Source: Alphaproteobacteria bacterium
GTDB lineage: Bacteria > Pseudomonadota > Alphaproteobacteria > UBA828
DNA length: 64,000 bases
Assembly (NCBI GenBank): GCA_965220745.1
Contig: CBDCQT010000010.1
Span: 64,001 to 128,000, forward strand
Direction: 5' to 3'
Shown: positions 21,389-30,923 of the stretch, one piece after another
Position numbering within the stretch: the first letter of the stretch is position 1
Layout of the letters: each line of letters starts with the position of its first letter
Notes under the pieces: model-generated
What the model saw: only the letters and a program-made list of their open reading frames with translations
The model's database searches: none
Told to the model about the DNA's origin: nothing
Translations under genes and position numbers: made by a program

Positions 21389-23857
21389 ATGCAAGGCGCA
21401 ACCCGAGATTTGCTCGAAGCGGTGCAGGGCGGCCGCCGCCCCGATGCGGCGGAGGCTCTCGCGCTCGCTGCCGAGGACGACCTCGCGCCGCTGCTGGACT
21501 GCGCGGCCGCGCTCCGCGACCGGGCGCATCCCGACGTCGTGACCTACTCACGCAAGGTCTTCATCCCGCTCACCCATCTCTGCCGCGACGTCTGCCACTA
21601 CTGCACCTTCGCCCGGCCGCCGCGCCGGGGCGAGACCGCCTTCATGACGCCGGATGAGGTGCTGCGGGTCGCTGAAGCCGGCGCCGCCGCCGGCTGCAAG
21701 GAGGCGCTCTTCACCCTCGGCGACAAGCCGGAGCTGCGCTATCGCGCGGCGCGCGAAGGGCTGGGGGCGCTGGGCTACGACAGCACGCTCGCCTACCTCG
21801 CGGACATGGCCAAGCTGGTGCTGGAGAAGACACCGCTGCTGCCGCATCTCAACCCCGGCGTTCTGGGCCGCGTGGATTTGCGTGCGCTGCGCGAGGTCTC
21901 GGCCTCACAGGGCATGATGCTGGAGAGCGCGTCCGAGCGCCTCTCCGCCAAGGGCGGGCCGCACTACGGCTCGCCCGACAAGCGCCCGAGCGTGCGGCTG
22001 GAGACACTCCGCCTCTCCGGCGAGGAGGCGGTGCCCTTCACCTCCGGCATCCTCATCGGCATCGGCGAGACGCGGGAAGAGCGGATCGAGGCCCTGCTCG
22101 CGCTCCGTGATGCCCACGACGCCCACGGGCACATTCAGGAGATCATCGTCCAGAATTTCCGGGCCAAGCCTGGGACGCGCATGGCCGATGCGCCCGAGCC
22201 GAGCCTCGACGAGCTGCTCTGGACCATCGCAACGGCCCGCATCCTCTTTGGGCCGGAGGCGAACATCCAGGCGCCGCCCAACCTGAGTCCCGGCGCGCTG
22301 CCGCAGCTGGTCGCCGCCGGGATCAACGACTGGGGCGGCGTCTCGCCGGTGACGCAGGACTACGTCAATCCCGAGGCGCCCTGGCCCCATCTCGACGCGC
22401 TCGCGCGCGAGACCGCCGCCGCCGGCAAGACCCTGGCCGAGCGGCTCACCATCTATCCGTCCTACGCGATTGAGGGAGAGCGCTGGCTCGATCCGGCGCT
22501 GCAAACGCGCGTCCTCAAGCTGATCGACTCCGAGGGCTATCCCCGCACCGACGCCTGGATCACGGGCGCGGGCGAGCCCCCGCCGGCGGAGCGCACGCCG
22601 GTCTCGGCCATCATCGCACCCGACATCGAGCGCCTATTGGCTCAAGCCGAGGCGGGAGAGGGGCTAGGCGAGGACGCGCTGGTGCGGCTCTTCGGCGCGC
22701 GGGGCGGCGCGTTCGACGCGGTCTGCGCCGCGGCCGACGCGCTGCGCGCGAGGGTGAGCGGGCCGCAGGTCAGCTACGTGGTAAACCGCAACATCAACTA
22801 CACCAACGTCTGCTACTTCCGCTGCCAGTTCTGCGCCTTCTCCAAGGGCAAGCTGAGCGAGAACCTGCGCGGCCGGCCCTACGACCTGACGATCGACGAG
22901 ATCGTGCGCCGGGTGCGGGAGGCCTGGGAGCGCGGCGCGACAGAGGTCTGCCTCCAGGGCGGCATCCATCCCGACTACACCGGCGAGACCTATCTCGCGA
23001 TCTGCCGCGCCATCAAGCAGGCGGAGCCCGCGATCCACGTCCACGCCCTCTCGCCGCTGGAGATCTGGCAGGGCGCAGCGACGCTCGGCCGAACCGTGCC
23101 CGACTTCCTCGCTGCGCTGCAGGAGGCCGGGTTGGGGTCGCTGCCCGGCACCGCCGCCGAGATCCTCGACGACGAGGTGCGCGCCGTCATCTGCCCCGAC
23201 AAGATCGTGACCGACCAGTGGCTTTCGGTGATGGAGGCGGCGCACGCGCTGGGCCTGCGCAGCACCGCCACGATCATGTTCGGCCACGTGGACGGGCCGC
23301 GTCACTGGGCGCGCCACCTGCTCCGCGTCCGCGCCTTGCAGGAGCACACCGGCGGCTTCACCGAGTTCGTGCCGCTCCCCTTCGTGGCATTGGAGGCGCC
23401 GCTCTACCTCAAGGGGCGCGCTAGGCGGGGGCCGACCTGGCGCGAGGCGGTGCTCATGCACGCGGTGGCGCGGCTCGCGCTGCACCCCGTCATCCCCAAC
23501 ATCCAGACCTCGTGGGTCAAGATGGGGCGGGAGGGTGCCGCCGCCTGCCTCCGCGCCGGCGCCAACGACATCGGCGGCACCTTGATGAACGAATCGATCA
23601 CCCGCGCCGCCGGCGCGAGCCACGGCCAGGAATTCCCGGCCGACGAGATCGAGGCGCTGGTCGAGCGGCTGGGGCGCACGCCGGTGCAGCGGACCACGCT
23701 CTACGAGCCCGCGCCCGCTACACGCCGCGCCGCCGCCCGCGCTGCAGCGCCGCTTGCCCCTGTCGTGAACGCACCCGCCCGGCGCTACGAGCGGCGCGCC
23801 GCAGCAAGCGACCTGGTCCGGCCCGGGCTCGACGCCGCCGCACCGGTAGGGAAGTGA
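21389..23857 (+). CDS. fbiC: Bifunctional FO synthase (CofG-CofH fusion)
   Basis: Two radical-SAM CxxxCxxC motifs (CRDVCHYC; CYFRCQFC), 'NDWGGVSP', 'LPGTAAEILDD'. Confidence 0.95.
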   Translation: MQGATRDLLEAVQGGRRPDAAEALALAAEDDLAPLLDCAAALRDRAHPDVVTYSRKVFIPLTHLCRDVCHYCTFARPPRRGETAFMTPDEVLRVAEAGAAAGCKEALFTLGDKPELRYRAAREGLGALGYDSTLAYLADMAKLVLEKTPLLPHLNPGVLGRVDLRALREVSASQGMMLESASERLSAKGGPHYGSPDKRPSVRLETLRLSGEEAVPFTSGILIGIGETREERIEALLALRDAHDAHGHIQEIIVQNFRAKPGTRMADAPEPSLDELLWTIATARILFGPEANIQAPPNLSPGALPQLVAAGINDWGGVSPVTQDYVNPEAPWPHLDALARETAAAGKTLAERLTIYPSYAIEGERWLDPALQTRVLKLIDSEGYPRTDAWITGAGEPPPAERTPVSAIIAPDIERLLAQAEAGEGLGEDALVRLFGARGGAFDAVCAAADALRARVSGPQVSYVVNRNINYTNVCYFRCQFCAFSKGKLSENLRGRPYDLTIDEIVRRVREAWERGATEVCLQGGIHPDYTGETYLAICRAIKQAEPAIHVHALSPLEIWQGAATLGRTVPDFLAALQEAGLGSLPGTAAEILDDEVRAVICPDKIVTDQWLSVMEAAHALGLRSTATIMFGHVDGPRHWARHLLRVRALQEHTGGFTEFVPLPFVALEAPLYLKGRARRGPTWREAVLMHAVARLALHPVIPNIQTSWVKMGREGAAACLRAGANDIGGTLMNESITRAAGASHGQEFPADEIEALVERLGRTPVQRTTLYEPAPATRRAAARAAAPLAPVVNAPARRYERRAAASDLVRPGLDAAAPVGK

Positions 23858-23892
23858 GCGCGGGCGCCCTTAGCCAGAATCCTCGGCCTCGA

Positions 23893-24249
23893 TCACGAGC
23901 CGTCGTCTTCGAGCAACCGGGCCAGCATGTGCCGCACGTGATCCTGCCCGCCGAAGAACACCGCCAGGATACGGACCGTCTCGTTCGCCTCGTCCACGTC
24001 GAACCAATAGATCGCCCGACCGATCGCCAGGTGCCGTGCGCCGGACAGGATATCGTCGTGGCGTTCGCCCCGGTGAGGTGCGGTTGGGATGCGCTCCGCC
24101 TCGGAACGAATTTCCAGCACCCGAGCCGCCGCGTGATCGAACGCACTCTCCGGGCTTTCGCCGAAGTCGAGGTAGCTGCGCAGGAGGTGGTCGAAGATCA
24201 GACCGAAGTCGCGTTCGGCCTCGGCCGAGAACTCAAGACGAAAGGCCAT
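23893..24249 (-). CDS. RelE/ParE-family toxin
   Basis: 'FRLEFSAEAERDFGLI...VRILAVFFGGQD'; overlaps upstream antitoxin. Confidence 0.85.
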   Translation of the reverse strand: MAFRLEFSAEAERDFGLIFDHLLRSYLDFGESPESAFDHAAARVLEIRSEAERIPTAPHRGERHDDILSGARHLAIGRAIYWFDVDEANETVRILAVFFGGQDHVRHMLARLLEDDGS

Positions 24250-24508
24250 GCGCTCGGCGCTTGTCGGCAATCATCGCTTTCAGCCGCGCGTCCATCTCTT
24301 CCGCGCCGACGAACGCGCCCTCGCGGCGGCGCGCGAGGAGCGCACGCAGCGCCGTGGTTTCCGCTTCCTCCGCGTCCATCCGCTGGCGCAGCAGGTCGAC
24401 GCCTTGCTGCAGGACCGCGCTGACACTGGCGTAGCGCCCGGCCTCGACCAGCGCCCTGGCAAAGGCGTGCTGCTCGTCGGTGAGAGAGATCGAGGATTTG
24501 ACCGTCAC
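24233..24508 (-). CDS. ParD-like ribbon-helix-helix antitoxin
   Basis: 'SISLTDEQHAFARALVEAGRYASVSAVLQ' ParD/CC2985-type motif. Confidence 0.88.
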   Translation of the reverse strand: MTVKSSISLTDEQHAFARALVEAGRYASVSAVLQQGVDLLRQRMDAEEAETTALRALLARRREGAFVGAEEMDARLKAMIADKRRAHGLSS

Positions 24509-24527
24509 GGGAGCCTCCTTGACGCAA

Positions 24528-24538
24528 GAGTATTACTC
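24528..24538. promoter_or_regulatory. Probable antitoxin operator palindrome
   Basis: GAGTA-T-TACTC, 20 bp upstream of the parD-like start. Confidence 0.5.
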
Positions 24539-24655
24539 AGTAGCACCGCAGTCAACGGACCGGCGCTGCGGTGCGTCTACCATCGGGAGAGAGGCCGATC
24601 CGTGTGATAGGCTCGGCGCGCGCGCAGGCGCGGCCACAGGGGAGGAGCAGGGACG

Positions 24656-25111
24656 ATGGCAGGGTTCACGATCACGGCGACCAATCACACCAGCTTCACG
24701 GTCTCCAGCCTGGACCGCGCGATCGGGCTCTTCCAGGGCGCCCTCGGCTTCACGCTGCTGAACCGCTCGCCGCGCGATCCCAAGTTCATCGAGCAGGTGG
24801 TCGGCGTCGACGGCGCGGACATCGAGGTCGCCTACCTGCAGGCGCCCGGCCATCGCCTCGAGCTGATCGAGTATCGCGGCCCCGCCGATCGCGGCCGGGT
24901 CGACTCGCGCCCCTGCGACGCGGGCTTCGCCCACATCGCCTTCGACGTGGACGACATCCACGAGGCGATCGCGGCGGTGCGGGACGCGGGCTCCGAGCCG
25001 CTGGGCGATCCCATCACCGTCAACGCCGGGCCCAACAAGGGCGGCCTCGTGGTCTACACGCGCGATCCCGACGGCATCACGGTGGAGTTCATCCAGCGGC
25101 CGAAGGCGTAG
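24656..25111 (+). CDS. VOC/glyoxalase superfamily protein
   Basis: 'NHTSFTVSSLD', 'LELIEY', 'HIAFDVDD', 'RDPDGITVEF'. Confidence 0.88.
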   Translation: MAGFTITATNHTSFTVSSLDRAIGLFQGALGFTLLNRSPRDPKFIEQVVGVDGADIEVAYLQAPGHRLELIEYRGPADRGRVDSRPCDAGFAHIAFDVDDIHEAIAAVRDAGSEPLGDPITVNAGPNKGGLVVYTRDPDGITVEFIQRPKA

Positions 25112-25118
25112 GCGCCGG

Positions 25119-25739
25119 ATGTTCTACGAGACCGCGCGCAACGATCACGGCCTGCCGCACGACCCCTTCAAGTCCTGCGTGGTGCCGCGCCCGATCGGGT
25201 GGATCACCACGATCGACGCGGCCGGCGGGCTCAACCTCGCGCCCTTCAGCTACTTCAACGCCTGTGGCGACCACCCGCCGCAGGTGATGTACGCGCCGAG
25301 CGGCCCGCACGCGGCCGAAGGCGGCGCCAAGGACAGCCTGCACAACGTGCAGGAGACCGGCGAGTTCGTCGCCAACTTAGCCACCTGGGAGCAGCGCGAG
25401 GCGATGCGCCTCTCGTCGAGCGGGGTGCCGAGCAGCGTCGACGAGTTCGCGCTGACCGGGCTCGAGACCGAGCCCGCGCGGCTGGTGCGCCCGCCCAGGG
25501 TCAAGGGCGCGCCGATCCACCTCGAATGCCGGCTCCACAAGGTGATCGAGCTGCTGGCCGACGAGCCCGCGCGCTTCCGCAACTGGCTCGTGCTGGGCGA
25601 GGTGGTCGGCGTTCACATCGACGATTCGATCATCACCGACGGGCGCGTGGACCAGTCCAAGTTCCGGCCCATCGCGCGGCTCGGCTACGCCGACTACACC
25701 ACCGTGGACAGCCACTTCGCGATGCCCTTCCCGGACTGA
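25119..25739 (+). CDS. Flavin reductase-like (DIM6/NTAB family) protein
   Basis: 'VVPRPIGWITT...NLAPFSYFN', 'KDSLHNV..TGEFV', 'IARLGY'. Confidence 0.88.
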   Translation: MFYETARNDHGLPHDPFKSCVVPRPIGWITTIDAAGGLNLAPFSYFNACGDHPPQVMYAPSGPHAAEGGAKDSLHNVQETGEFVANLATWEQREAMRLSSSGVPSSVDEFALTGLETEPARLVRPPRVKGAPIHLECRLHKVIELLADEPARFRNWLVLGEVVGVHIDDSIITDGRVDQSKFRPIARLGYADYTTVDSHFAMPFPD

Positions 25740-25959
25740 GGCGACGAGCCGGGTACTGGCTGGCCTAGGGTTGACGGAACGATTACCAGTGGCAATACCA
25801 CAGCGCACACAAAAGCTCTAAACCGGACAAGGATCTGACACTTATAAACTTGACCTCAATCCCTAGCCCGCTACCAAGGCTAAATCAATAGCCGCTCCGT
25901 AACCCCTGTGCCATACAATAGTTCATATTTTCCTTCTATACTCCGCAAGTTCATCCCTC

Positions 25960-27774
25960 TCAGTTGTCACGAGATAGATATTCTACTATCTCCTCCATAA
26001 GCGGTTGAAAGTTTGTCATTCTCCTCCTAAACTTCTCTGGCTCCCACTGACAGATATGGCGGGCAATTTGGGCTTTTGCCGGTTGGGTGAACCTATTCAG
26101 CACAAATACAGACCAGTCTTCGCTCAAATGTTCTCGCAATTCTGTATCCCCGAGCAGTATTTTCTGGGCCAAATCCGTTCGAATAACGTTACCCAACTCA
26201 CGCTCCTCCAGCTTGTCGTTCTTCCTAGCCCATTCCCATACCTTTCGATCATACATCAACTCAAGATCCGTTTCTATCTTGAACCCCGCAGCCCGCGCTT
26301 TTCTAACATTTCGAGTTTCTGGCAACCTAAAGCACTTCGCGTATTTGATTCGATTTGGTTCCGCGTTAAATTCCTTCTGGTGCTTAACGGCGTCTTTATC
26401 AGCGTCCACCAACCCTGCGCAGCGCGGAAGTTCCGTTCCATGCTTTGCTTCATAGCACCAACTACTTAGCATATCGATCACGTACCGATAGCCACCGCCA
26501 CTGCTCTTAGTCTCTACTATTATGTTGTCTGATTCATCCGGGCAAAACATTTCCAAAGCACGCTCGACAATCATTTTGTCCGAAGGACCTTCGACGAAGA
26601 GTACGTGACGTCCTTCATGTACCAACATCCTTGCATTGGCTCTAGACTCTTCCAATCGCCTGATCCTTAGTTCCAATTGGTGTACTAGCGGCGCGACTAG
26701 AGCGGTTGTTCCCATTCTATCATCCAAGTCGTCAGAGGCAGACTTACATTGACTGCCCTCCTCTTCCTTGTCCTTAAAGACGTGGTGGTTAGCAACTTCT
26801 TCGTGCTTCTGCTTCTCTCCTCGATGCAAATTGTAGAAGACTGGTGAGTGGGTTGTAAGAAATATTTGACAAATTCCATGATCTAAAAAGTCGCAGAACT
26901 GATCCGCCAACTCTACACATCCGGAAAATTCAAGATTGTTCTCTGGTTCCTCATATCCCCAGATAAAGCTATGTGGCGGAGCTCCATGGTGTTGAAGTCC
27001 ACGTTTCTTGTCAGCAATAAACTTCAGGATGATGGGGATATGTCTAGCCTTGATTCCGTCTCCGCGAGCGTCAAGAGAAATATCCTGCTCGTCGGTGAGA
27101 AAATCCAGACTCTCGAAAACATGGCTAAGGTCCCTCGGCAAGGCTAGTCGAGATGTGAAGCCCATTGTTTCAGTTATTTCGTCCGTTAGGTCGCTAAGGT
27201 GAGTAGCGATCGAACTTTCGAACTCCTGGCTGGACTTGCGAAATGTGCGAGCGGCTTCTGATATAGCCCCAAAAATACTAGCACGGAGGTGAGCGATGTA
27301 GTTTCGATCCTTAATGGCCGGTACATACATAAACGTGATATTTCTTAGCAGTGCGTGGACATTGGAGTTGTCCGGAATCGGCACTTGGGTTGACTTTATC
27401 GTGCCATTTCGACCAATACTTATTCTCTTTCCAAAGTAGTGACTCTTATGAAGACCATTTTTTCTCCATGATTTTTTCCAAACAATGAAATCTCCATTGG
27501 TCTTTGTGTAGGTTTTTGGAAGAGCGATAGTCAACGCTATTACAATTTCCTTGGCCCTTCGGTTAGGCTTATTGAATGTATTGTGATCGTCTTCAAATAC
27601 TAGGTGTCGGTGGGGGTCAGTTTCTTCATTAAAGAATAGATTTAGTGCCCGGAGAATATTGGATTTTCCGGAGTCATTTTTCCCGACAAACACGGTTAGC
27701 TGTGTCGAAGATAAGCGCATGTGGCGTATGGAGCGAAAGTTGGTTACTTCAATTTCGGTAATGGAGAGAGCCAT
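25960..27774 (-). CDS. OLD-family ABC-ATPase + TOPRIM nuclease (AT-rich, likely acquired, possible anti-phage)
   Basis: Walker A GKNDSGKS, Walker B 'WGYEEPENNL', H-loop 'LTTHSP', TOPRIM 'LFVEGPSD' and 'VDAD'; visibly much more AT-rich than flanks. Confidence 0.8.
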   Translation of the reverse strand: MALSITEIEVTNFRSIRHMRLSSTQLTVFVGKNDSGKSNILRALNLFFNEETDPHRHLVFEDDHNTFNKPNRRAKEIVIALTIALPKTYTKTNGDFIVWKKSWRKNGLHKSHYFGKRISIGRNGTIKSTQVPIPDNSNVHALLRNITFMYVPAIKDRNYIAHLRASIFGAISEAARTFRKSSQEFESSIATHLSDLTDEITETMGFTSRLALPRDLSHVFESLDFLTDEQDISLDARGDGIKARHIPIILKFIADKKRGLQHHGAPPHSFIWGYEEPENNLEFSGCVELADQFCDFLDHGICQIFLTTHSPVFYNLHRGEKQKHEEVANHHVFKDKEEEGSQCKSASDDLDDRMGTTALVAPLVHQLELRIRRLEESRANARMLVHEGRHVLFVEGPSDKMIVERALEMFCPDESDNIIVETKSSGGGYRYVIDMLSSWCYEAKHGTELPRCAGLVDADKDAVKHQKEFNAEPNRIKYAKCFRLPETRNVRKARAAGFKIETDLELMYDRKVWEWARKNDKLEERELGNVIRTDLAQKILLGDTELREHLSEDWSVFVLNRFTQPAKAQIARHICQWEPEKFRRRMTNFQPLMEEIVEYLSRDN

Positions 27775-28133
27775 GGCGCACCTTAGTCGATTGAGTTTAG
27801 AGTTGCGGAGACGGTAGGAAGGCAGTGAAGCACCGTGGGCAAGGGGCGAAAGCAGGACTTGTCTGAGGAGCTGTGCGTCTAGATGGTGTGTTTAGGTGAT
27901 GGCTTCGCGCGAGGATCACGAAAGGGGTGGGGGAATTGTGGGCAAAGTTTGTCTGAGGGTGGGTATGTGGGCGACTCGTCGCGGTAGGGATAGAATATCA
28001 GATCAACGCCGTTTGCGCCCCACCTGTCCGTTGACGAGGGAATTATCTCGAAGCACCAACCGGTTGATTTCGAGCAGCGAAACCCGGGAGCGTAGAGAAG
28101 AAGAAGGTCAGAGCGGCGATTTTCCCAATTCTT

Positions 28134-28187
28134 CCGGACCATGGTGCGGTGCACGACGCGCCGGGGCCGTGACAGGATCCCGCCATG
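28134..28187 (+). promoter_or_regulatory. Putative Mor/C-type activator-dependent leaderless promoter, copy D (orphan)
   Basis: CCGGACCATGGTGCGG (28134-28149) + N23 + CAGGAT (28173-28178) + N6 + ATG (28185); same spacing as three copies before phage-derived genes. Confidence 0.6.
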
Positions 28188-28230
28188 CGGTGGGCGAGCG
28201 AATGGGTCGTAGCCGGTGGGGTTGCCATAT

Positions 28231-28684
28231 GGATGCGCGGATACCCGGAACGAGTCCGGGCATGTCCGCGCATGACGGGATGGGGCATCGCGTGCGACGG
28301 ATGTTGCGGGGCGCGACACAATGTCCACGCGCGTTGGGTGCGCGATGACGGGAACGTCGGGCGGGCACTTGGGCGACTCTCGGGCGGAAAACGTTGCCGT
28401 GGAATGCCACTCATCCCAGCCGTCCCGCCTAATCCCGGCGCGTCCCGCATGAAATTAAGTTGTCGCATCCCACTTTCGTCACGGGGCGTTCTTTCGGCCC
28501 ACCCGTTCTCCCACATCGTCATGCCCCGACTTGTTCGGGGCATCCACGTGCTCGCCCAACGCATGGCGGGCCCGGCTGAGAAAGATGCCCGGAACGAGTC
28601 CGGGCATGACGGTATGTGGGGGAGCGCGGTTGCTGGAGATGCGCGGATGCCCGGAAAGAGTCCGGGCATGTCCGCGCATGACGG
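28231..28684. repeat. Cluster of alphaproteobacterial-type palindromic (REP/RPE-like) repeats
   Basis: Units GATGCCCGG..CCGGGCATGACG / CGTCATG..GCATCCACG at ~28231-28278, 28517-28550, 28584-28612, 28638-28684. Confidence 0.8.
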
Positions 28685-28714
28685 TTTGGGGGCGTAAGGG
28701 CGTGGCCGGCGCGG

Positions 28715-30709
28715 TTACAGCAGCTCCCTTATCGCCTCCACGATGCGGTCCTGCGAGGGGATGACCTCGAGCTCGAGGCGGTCGTTGTAGGGCATCGGCG
28801 TGTGCGGGGCGCCGAGGCGGGCGACCGGCGCGTCGAGATAGTCGAAGGCCTTGTCCACCACCATGGCCGCCACCTCGGCGCCGAAGCCGCCGCGCACCCA
28901 GGCCTCGTGCACGATGAGGAGGCGGTTGGTCTTGCGCACGCTGGCGAGGATTGTCTCCTCGTCCAGCGGCTGCAGGGTGCGGGGGTCGATCACCTCGACG
29001 CTGATGCCGTCCCGCTCCAGCACCGTGGCGGCGCTCAGCGCGCGCGGCACCATGGCGGACGTCGCCACCACGGTCACGTCCGTGCCCGCGCGCTTGATGT
29101 CGGCCTTGCCGAGGGGGATGGCGTAGAGCTCCTCCGGCACCGGGCCGTTGCCGCCGAGGTAGAGCAGCTTCTGCTCCAGGAAGACCACGGGGTTCTCGTC
29201 GCGGATCGCGGCGACCAGCAGTCCCTTGGCGTCGTAAGGGGTGGACGGCGCCGCCACCACCAGCCCCGGCACGTGGGTGAACCAGGCCTCCAGGCTCTGG
29301 CTGTGCTGGGCCGCGAGCCGGATGCCGCCGCCCTGCGGGCCGCGCACCACCAGCGGCACCGAGGGCTTGCCCCCAAGCATGAAGCGGAACTTGGCCGCCT
29401 GGTTGACCAGCATGTCCATGGTGAGCGCCACGAAGTCGAAGATCTGGATCTCCACCACGGGGCGCATGCCGGCGATGGCGGCGCCGACGCCGCAGCCGAC
29501 GAAGGTCGCCTCGGAGATCGGCGTGTCGCGCACGCGCTCAGGCCCGTAGCGGTCCATCAGCCCCTTGGAGACGCCGAAGATGCCGCCGGTGGCGCCGACA
29601 TCCTCGCCCATGAGGAAGACCCTGTCGTCGCGCAGCATCTCCTGGTCCAGCGCCTCGTTGAGCGCCTCGGGGTAGGAGAGCTCGCGCTCGGTCTCCGGCC
29701 CCGGCTCGGTGTGCGCCGCGTGGGGGGCGTAGACGGCATCGAGCATGACGTGCACCGGGGGCTCCGGGCTCTCGCGGCCGTAGGAGACGGCGGTCTCGAT
29801 CTCATCGTCCACGGCCTGCGTGGTCTCGTCGAACTGCTCGTCGGAGAAGCTGGCTTCGGAGGTCAGGCGCCTCTCCATGCGCGCGATGGGATCGCGATCG
29901 AGCCACGACTCAAGCTCATCCTCCGGCCGCGGGTCGCGCAGGTTGACCCGGAGCGAGTGCTGGCCGTGGCGGTAGGTCATGGCCTCGATCAGCGTCGGTC
30001 CCTCGCCGGCGCGGGCGCGGTCCACCGCCTCGCGCAGCACGAGGTAGACCTCGACGCCGTCGTTGCCGTCCACGGTGATGCCGGGGATCTCGTAGGAGGC
30101 CGCGCGGTTCGAGACCTGGGAGACCGCCGTGGTGTTCCGATAGGAGGTCGACAGCGCGTACTGGTTGTTCTCGCAGACGAAGATCACCGGCAGCTTCCAC
30201 ACCGCCGCCAGGTTGAGGGATTCGTGGAAGACGCCCTGGTTCGACGCACCGTCACCGAAGAAGGCCACGGCGACCCGATCCGTCCCCTGCAGCTTGGCGG
30301 CGAGGCCCGCGCCGGTGGCGAGCGGCATGGCGGCACCCACGATGCCGTTGGCGCCCATGATGTTGAGCTCCATGTCGGCGATGTGCATGGAGCCGCCGAG
30401 GCCCTGGCAGTAGCCGGTCTGGCGGCCCATCAGCTCCGCCATCATGCGGTCGATGCGCGCGCCCTTGGCGATGCAGTGGCCGTGGCCGCGGTGGTAGGAG
30501 GCGATGATGTCGTCATCGCGCAGCGCCGCGCAGACGCCGGCGGCGATGGCCTCCTCGCCCTTGTAGCTGTGGGCCGTGCCCTTGACGACGCCCTCCTGGA
30601 AGAGGTCGGCGGTCTTGTCCTCGAAGGCGCGGATGCGGCGCATGGTGACGTAGAGGTCGCGGAGGGTCTCCGCCTCCACGGTGATATTGCTGGTCGCGCT
30701 CTCGTTCAT
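28715..30709 (-). CDS. Fused E1 alpha/beta TPP-dependent 2-oxoacid dehydrogenase
   Basis: Alpha part 'GGSMHIAD', '[14 protein letters not shown]'; beta part 'DTPISE', 'AAQHSQ' in one frame; start MNESATS. Confidence 0.9.
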   Translation of the reverse strand: MNESATSNITVEAETLRDLYVTMRRIRAFEDKTADLFQEGVVKGTAHSYKGEEAIAAGVCAALRDDDIIASYHRGHGHCIAKGARIDRMMAELMGRQTGYCQGLGGSMHIADMELNIMGANGIVGAAMPLATGAGLAAKLQGTDRVAVAFFGDGASNQGVFHESLNLAAVWKLPVIFVCENNQYALSTSYRNTTAVSQVSNRAASYEIPGITVDGNDGVEVYLVLREAVDRARAGEGPTLIEAMTYRHGQHSLRVNLRDPRPEDELESWLDRDPIARMERRLTSEASFSDEQFDETTQAVDDEIETAVSYGRESPEPPVHVMLDAVYAPHAAHTEPGPETERELSYPEALNEALDQEMLRDDRVFLMGEDVGATGGIFGVSKGLMDRYGPERVRDTPISEATFVGCGVGAAIAGMRPVVEIQIFDFVALTMDMLVNQAAKFRFMLGGKPSVPLVVRGPQGGGIRLAAQHSQSLEAWFTHVPGLVVAAPSTPYDAKGLLVAAIRDENPVVFLEQKLLYLGGNGPVPEELYAIPLGKADIKRAGTDVTVVATSAMVPRALSAATVLERDGISVEVIDPRTLQPLDEETILASVRKTNRLLIVHEAWVRGGFGAEVAAMVVDKAFDYLDAPVARLGAPHTPMPYNDRLELEVIPSQDRIVEAIRELL

Positions 30710-30923
30710 CGCCCTTCGCCTCCCTGGCGTGCCGCTCTGGCCCCGACGCATTGTTCACGACTGCAGCGCGCCACGCCAGCCCAAGTGTGCCGGCCGTTCA
30801 TGCCCCCTGCTCCCGGAAAGTCTGCCGGAAGGAACGAAATGATTTGACCGGTGCACCGGGCAGTCGAAGGATCGACGCCCGCGACGCCTTGCCGCGCGCG
30901 AGAGGTGCGATGGACCGGATGCC

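Noticed and set aside
27790-28130. Possible integrase att/arm-site remnant (TGTGGGC repeats) upstream of the OLD gene
   Set aside because: Only short, degenerate repeats; no matching site found at the other end of the AT-rich island and no integrase.
28134-28697. CRISPR array, or a real 170-aa protein at 28185-28697
   Set aside because: The repeats are irregularly spaced palindromes in both orientations with no cas genes; the ORF is mostly translated repeat sequence.
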